Below are positions 59,603 to 64,000 of a stretch of 64,000 nucleotides of DNA, one piece after another. The DNA is from Candidatus Babelota bacterium. Its GTDB lineage: Bacteria > Babelota > Babeliae > Babelales > RVW-14. The notes under the pieces were generated by a model. That model had not been told where the DNA came from. It did not search any database and was given only the letters and a program-made list of their open reading frames with translations. The stretch lies in the NCBI GenBank assembly GCA_018266175.1, contig JAFEAY010000003.1:168642-232641 (forward strand), read 5' to 3'. Position 1 is the stretch's first letter, and each line of letters opens with the position of its first letter. Both the position numbers and the translations under genes were made by a program.

Positions 59603-60047
59603 ATGAAAAAACATACCTCTAAAAAAGTTTTAACCGTGTTTTTCTATCAAGATAAACCGGGAAAAGCACCTGCTTTAGAATTTATATAACGCGAACTCGA
59701 TAATTCAAATTCTTTGTATTGACCCACTGGCTCAGTTGATTATCGATTTTCTAGGATGTCATCCCAAACTTGATTTGGGATCCAGCTGAATACGTTACAA
59801 CAAAGTTTTTTATACGATGGGATTTGATAAATATTATTGAAGCTTTTTTGATGGATTCCATCGATAATTTACGAATGAACAGGGCTTGTGGGAATTAAAA
59901 ACCAATTTGAGTAATAGAATTGCTCGATTTATTTTTGTTGTCAGAGATAATCAGATAGCAGTATTGCATGGCTTTATTAAAAAAACTCAGAAAACTCCGC
60001 GACAAGAAATTGAACTTGCACTCAGTAGATTAAAGAAGCTGGAATAA
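59603..60047 (+). pseudogene. Gp49/RelE-like toxin gene disrupted by repeat insertion and frameshifts
   Basis: ATG at 59603 gives MKKHTSKKVLTVFFYQDKPGKAPALEFI then TAA. The 3' part in another frame reads ...GLWELKTNLSNRIARFIFVVRDNQIAVLHGFIKKTQKTPRQEIELALSRLKKLE* (stop at 60045-60047). Repeat-derived DNA lies between them (59686-59790). Confidence 0.65.
59754..59783. repeat. Small palindromic element (GGATCCC-hairpin-GGGATGACATCC, minus orientation) inside the dead toxin gene
   Basis: Forward ggatgtcatcccaaacttgatttgggatcc; the reverse complement matches the 50645 copy at both ends. Confidence 0.6.
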
Positions 60048-60064
60048 AGAGAAGGATTTTAATC

Positions 60065-60355
60065 ATGAAAAAATTCAATAAAAAGCATAGAGGGCAAACA
60101 CTTGACAGCTTTCTTAAAGAAGAAGGAATTCTTGAGAAAACAGAAGCCGTTGCTCTTAAACGGATCATAGCATATCAATTGCTTGCTATTCTTGAAAATG
60201 AAAGCATCACTCAGACCGAGCTTGCTCAGAGAATGAAAACAAGTAAAGCTGCAATTAATAGACTACTCAACCCAGAAAACCCCTCAATCACTCTGTCTAC
60301 TCTTTTAAAAGTTGCACATGCTCTTGGTAAGAATCTTCAGATCTCTATTGCATAA
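60065..60355 (+). CDS. XRE-family HTH antitoxin partnered with the decayed toxin
   Basis: LDSFLKEEGILEKTEAVALKRIIAYQL...ITQTELAQRMKTSKAAINRLLNPENPSITLSTLLKVAHALGKNLQISI. This is the typical architecture of antitoxins downstream of Gp49-type toxins. Confidence 0.7.
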   Translation: MKKFNKKHRGQTLDSFLKEEGILEKTEAVALKRIIAYQLLAILENESITQTELAQRMKTSKAAINRLLNPENPSITLSTLLKVAHALGKNLQISIA

Positions 60356-60432
60356 CATTCAGCAGAGGTAAAGCAAAATGGATAAAAGACCTGATTATGA
60401 AACATTTAAGCTCAGTTAACAGAGAATACCCT

Positions 60433-60741
60433 ATGAAAACAAAAAAGCTTAATGATTACATTCAAACTCGTCTTACAAAAAAAGAGATTGCAGCCATCGA
60501 TAAACAAGCGCGGCTTGAAGTGCAAGCTCTTAAATCATTACAAAATGATATTACGTGCGCAATGAATGATTATATGAAGGAAAAAAACATTGGATTTAAT
60601 GAGCTTGTGCAGCGATTGAATGTAAGCCCTGCACATATAGCCAAAATCAAAAAAGGTGAAGCAAACTTAACGCTATCAAGCATCGCACGTATTTTTGCAC
60701 TACTTGAGCAAGAACCTCATTTAGTATTTAACAAAAAATAG
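60433..60741 (+). CDS. Second HTH (XRE-like) protein
   Basis: HTH GFNELVQRLNVSPAHIAKIKKGEANLTLSSIARIF. A 13-codon ORF (MDKRPDYETFKLS*, 60379-60420) just upstream may be the severed original N-terminus, so the start is uncertain. Confidence 0.55.
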   Translation: MKTKKLNDYIQTRLTKKEIAAIDKQARLEVQALKSLQNDITCAMNDYMKEKNIGFNELVQRLNVSPAHIAKIKKGEANLTLSSIARIFALLEQEPHLVFNKK

Positions 60742-61172
60742 TTAAAACTATGAATCAAAGACCAGAACAATACTCAGCAAGCGGACAGGTTGCTCCCCTA
60801 TAACCCCACATGAAGGGGGGCTTGCGGCAGAACCTGCCTGCCGCGCACCAGAAAAGCAATTTCTCTATCACAATATCGTAGATTGCCGATCTGATAACGC
60901 TATTGACAGAGCCTACTATGAAATCAAGACTGAAGCACTCGGAAGTCAAAAACTTCAGTGTTATTCCGAATCTGAGAAGACAGAGTCGATTACCACATTT
61001 TATGTCTAAAGGATAACACTCCTTATTCAAGCCACCTCAGCAATTCCTGATTTTTGTTTAAAAATCGGGAATTGCACTCCGTAAATTAGTATTAAAATAT
61101 GGACTTACACTCCGTAAATTACTACAATTATAAGGATCTACTATGAATAATTTGATTTTTAGGAGAATTTCT

Positions 61173-62300
61173 ATGATTGAACGATATTATAAAAATCTTA
61201 GTAATTACATAAAGCAAAACCATGTTCTTATCATTTTTGGCCCTCGTCAAGTTGGAAAAACGACCCTTTTAAAAAGCTTTCTCAGTCAAACAACGCTCAA
61301 ATACAAACTCGACTCGGGTGATAATATTCGTACACAGAATCTCTTAGGGTCGCAAGACTTTGATAAGATTTTGGAATATGCCCAAGGCTACAATCTTATA
61401 GCGATTGATGAGGCCCAACAAATACCAAATATTGGCATGGCGCTTAAAATTCTTGTTGATAATGTTCCAGGGCTTTCTATTATCGCTACAGGATCATCAT
61501 CATTTGATCTGTCACAATCGATAGGAGAACCGTTAACGGGAAGAAAATCAACACTGACGCTTTATCCTATTGCACAACTTGAACTTTCAAACATGTACAA
61601 TAAATATGAATTACGAGAGAAACTAGAAGATTTTTTAATTTTTGGTGGTTACCCGGCAGTTGTTTCTGCTCAAGCAAGACAAGAAAAAATAAGTATTCTT
61701 ACAGAACTTGTTGATTCATATTTATTGAGAGACGTTCTATCGATGGAAAGAATAAAAAAATCTGAAACACTTTTAAACCTTGTTAAATTATTAGCATTTC
61801 AAGTTGGACAACTTGTATCTCATAATGAACTTGCAACACAACTTTGTGTCGATGCAAAAACTGTAGCTCGATACTTAGATTTACTTGAAAAATCATTTGT
61901 CATTCACAAACTTGGAGCTTTGAGTAATAATCCAAGAAATGAAGTTACCGGCAAGCAGAAATATTATTTCCTTGATCTAGGGGTACGTAATGCGGTTATT
62001 GCACAATTCAATCCTTTGAACCTGCGTAACGATGTTGGCCAATTATGGGAGAATTTTGCATTTATCGAGAGACTCAAAAATACAACCTATAAAGGATTTT
62101 ATGGGAAGCGCTATTTTTGGAGAACATATCAGGGTCAAGAGGTTGATTTTATTGAAGAAATTGAACTTGAGCGAACAGCTTTTGAAGTAAAATGGTCTGC
62201 CAAGAAAAAAGTAAGTGCTCCTTCAGATTGGCTAGAAAATTATCCACAAGCCTCTTTTATTGTCATCACACCTGATAATTATCTCGAGTACCTAACCTGA
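61173..62300 (+). CDS. AAA-family ATPase with DUF4143-type C-terminal domain
   Basis: Start at the ATG at 61173 (AGGAGA upstream). Walker A FGPRQVGKTTLL, Walker B LIAIDEAQ, then LLAFQVGQLVSHNELATQLCVDAKTVARYLDLLEKSFVI (DUF4143-like winged helix). Confidence 0.75.
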   Translation: MIERYYKNLSNYIKQNHVLIIFGPRQVGKTTLLKSFLSQTTLKYKLDSGDNIRTQNLLGSQDFDKILEYAQGYNLIAIDEAQQIPNIGMALKILVDNVPGLSIIATGSSSFDLSQSIGEPLTGRKSTLTLYPIAQLELSNMYNKYELREKLEDFLIFGGYPAVVSAQARQEKISILTELVDSYLLRDVLSMERIKKSETLLNLVKLLAFQVGQLVSHNELATQLCVDAKTVARYLDLLEKSFVIHKLGALSNNPRNEVTGKQKYYFLDLGVRNAVIAQFNPLNLRNDVGQLWENFAFIERLKNTTYKGFYGKRYFWRTYQGQEVDFIEEIELERTAFEVKWSAKKKVSAPSDWLENYPQASFIVITPDNYLEYLT

Positions 62301-62493
62301 ACTTTTTTCAGCCAAAAACATGATTGCTTTTTTTATCTCTTCATCTGCATCAGCAGCAATTTTGGCAATTGCATAAAATGGACTCACTCTCCAGTTCTGC
62401 AAAAAATAGTCAATTAAGCGCTTCATAAGCCTCCATGGTTAAAAATCAGGGATAATTCTACTGCCCCATGTCTGAAAATCAGGCTTAATTTAA

Positions 62494-62646
62494 CGGAATG
62501 GTGGTCAAATAGAGCATTGGGCAAAAATAGGTAAAATTGCAGAAAAAAATCCAGATTTAACCTATGAATTTATCAAAAGCATTCTTATTGCACAGCAAGA
62601 GGCAAAATCAAGTCATCTTGAATCATATAAGTTTGACGAGAAATAA
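62494..62646 (+). pseudogene. N-terminally truncated ParD-like antitoxin remnant
   Basis: An open frame after TAA at 62491 with no start codon: ...QIEHWAKIGKIAEKNPDLTYEFIKSILIAQQEAKSSHLESYKFDEK*. It ends 2 nt before the RelE-like ATG. Confidence 0.5.
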
Positions 62647-62648
62647 TT

Positions 62649-62920
62649 ATGAATATTTTGCAAACTCCAACGTTGAGCAAGCAAGTAAAGAAACTCCACC
62701 TCAACCAAAAAAAAGAGTTGGACCAAGCAATAAGAATCATTATTGCTAACCCATCAGTCGGGGATATGAAAAAGCGTGATTTAGTTGGCATTCAGGTTTA
62801 TAAATTTAAGATGATCAATCAATTAACCTTTATGAATTAAATGAGAAAAGTGGAGAACTTGAGCTCATTTTGCTTGCACTAGGATCTCATGAAAATTTTT
62901 ACCGCGATTTAAAACGGTAA
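62649..62920 (+). pseudogene. RelE/StbE-family toxin, frameshifted
   Basis: MNILQTPTLSKQVKKLHLNQKKELDQAIRIIIANPSVGDMKKRDLVGIQVYKFKMINQLTFMN* followed in another frame by EKSGELELILLALGSHENFYRDLKR* (stop at 62918-62920), which is the canonical family C-terminus. Confidence 0.65.
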
Positions 62921-62964
62921 CCTTCATAATAGATCCATAGATTAAAAAAATTAAAAACAGCCAC

Positions 62965-64000
62965 TCATGCTTTTTTCAACACCACGACTGAATTGCCACC
63001 ACCAAAGCCAAAGGCATTGGATAGCGCATACTCAACCGGCGCGCTGCGTGCAACTCCGGGAATGTAATCAAGATCGCACAACGGATCAGCCGTTTCTAAG
63101 TTAATGGTTGGGGGGAATTTTTGATTATGCAGCGCCAATGCAGTGAATGCTATTTCAGCTGCTCCGGCAGCTCCCAGCATGTGCCCAGTCATGCTTTTAG
63201 TGCTGCTCACCAGCAGATGATCTGGTGTTACGGGTAACGCATGGTCACCAAATATCGTTTTGATAACGTGCGTTTCAATGCGGTCACCCATCACGGTTGC
63301 TGTTCCGTGAGCATTAATGTACCCCACTTGTTCAGGAGTTATCTGCGCATCATCCAGAGCCAGGGTGATAGCACTACACGCGCCGCGCCCTTCTGGATGC
63401 GGAGAGGTAATGTGATATGCATCGGCCGATGCACCGTAGCCTACAACTTCAGCATAAATTTTTGCACCACGTGCACGAGCATAATCTTCTCGTTCCAAGA
63501 TCAAAACTGCTGCACCTTCGGCCATAACAAAGCCGGTGCGCTGCGCATCAAATGGACGGCTTGCGCACGCAGGATCGCCCGACCAACTGGAAAGTGCACG
63601 CATGTTTCCAAAACCTGCAAGTGATGCCGGAACCACGCAACTTTCTGTACCACCAGCCATCATGTAATCAGCATAGCCGTCGCGAACCGCTCGAAATGCA
63701 AGACCAAGCGAATCGCCACTTGAAGCACATGCATTGGTCAATGCAAGCACCGGCCCCTGAAGCTCATGGTGCATGCTCAGCCAAGCGGGTGCAAGATTGT
63801 TAATTACTTTGGGAATTGCGAAAGGGGAAATTCGTTTTGGCCCCTCTTTTTCCAGCGTAAGCACCACGTCGGAGATAGAACCCAGTCCGCCGATGCCAAC
63901 GCCCAGGTAGGTCCCAAAGCGTGTTCGATCTGCTGGATGCGTGGCGCTCAGGCCTGCATCATGCAGCGCTTCGTGCCCTGCAATGAGTGCCAGGTGGGTG
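62965..64000 (-). CDS. fabF: 3-oxoacyl-[acyl-carrier-protein] synthase II, N-terminus beyond the window
   Basis: The frame is open to the window edge. Blocks ALTNACASSGDS (active-site Cys), INAHGTAT, SSTKSMTGHMLGAAGAAE and NAFGFGGGNSVVVLKK are present. Confidence 0.9.
   Translation of the reverse strand, partial: THLALIAGHEALHDAGLSATHPADRTRFGTYLGVGIGGLGSISDVVLTLEKEGPKRISPFAIPKVINNLAPAWLSMHHELQGPVLALTNACASSGDSLGLAFRAVRDGYADYMMAGGTESCVVPASLAGFGNMRALSSWSGDPACASRPFDAQRTGFVMAEGAAVLILEREDYARARGAKIYAEVVGYGASADAYHITSPHPEGRGACSAITLALDDAQITPEQVGYINAHGTATVMGDRIETHVIKTIFGDHALPVTPDHLLVSSTKSMTGHMLGAAGAAEIAFTALALHNQKFPPTINLETADPLCDLDYIPGVARSAPVEYALSNAFGFGGGNSVVVLKKA

Noticed and set aside
60755-61030. 91-aa minus-strand ORF between the HTH gene and the ATPase gene
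   Set aside because: It has no ribosome-binding site, is Cys/Phe-rich with no motif, and overlaps GC-rich repeat-like DNA (60779-60860) and a 16-bp-stem hairpin (61040-61076). It is probably non-coding.
62292-62426. 44-codon minus-strand ORF (MKRLIDYFLQNWRVSPFYAIAKIAADADEEIKKAIMFLAEKSSG*) with GGAGG 4 nt upstream, overlapping the ATPase gene 3' end
   Set aside because: The ribosome-binding site is good, but the ORF is very short and has no recognisable family or conservation evidence. It may be a real small protein or an antitoxin remnant. I could not support it well enough to list it as a feature.

Overview
This 64-kb window comes from an AT-rich Gram-negative bacterial chromosome. I found no rRNA, tRNA or CRISPR array by eye. 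All family calls rest on motifs read from the translations; no database search was possible. Housekeeping genes (thrS, mutS, cmk, trpS, murF, ftsK, uppP, nth, a Xer recombinase, PIN-PhoH, partial fabF) are interleaved with many signal-peptide proteins carrying eukaryote-type modules. These include an LRR protein, PPP and PP2C phosphatases, a RING-H2 protein, a four-member multi-zinc-finger family, two papain-like Cys-His-Asp (DUB-like) paralogues and four proteins with extreme K/R/S-rich tails. That profile suggests an intracellular or protist-associated lineage; Dependentiae/TM6-like is only an unverified guess. The region from about 40 to 63 kb is accessory DNA built around three paralogous outer-membrane-protein genes. 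Between and around them lie TA cassettes: two intact Gp49/HigB-XRE pairs, MntA with a frameshifted HepT, and decayed Gp49-like and RelE/ParD remnants. The same region holds PD-(D/E)XK and AAA proteins and an 8.5-kb module encoding a 1414-aa Ala-rich exported protein. Non-coding highlights: (1) a Thr-codon-rich 36-codon leader ORF whose 3' end forms an intrinsic terminator upstream of thrS; (2) a GC-rich mosaic palindromic repeat family at 8 or more loci, including two 320-430 bp inverted arms bracketing the OMP3/giant-protein module and one copy inside a dead toxin gene; (3) three copies of a 44-nt core repeat bracketing TA cassettes; (4) a duplicated terminator flanking another TA cassette; (5) conserved promoter motifs shared by the exported-protein genes; (6) a Met residue recurring immediately after the signal-peptide hydrophobic core in 10 proteins.
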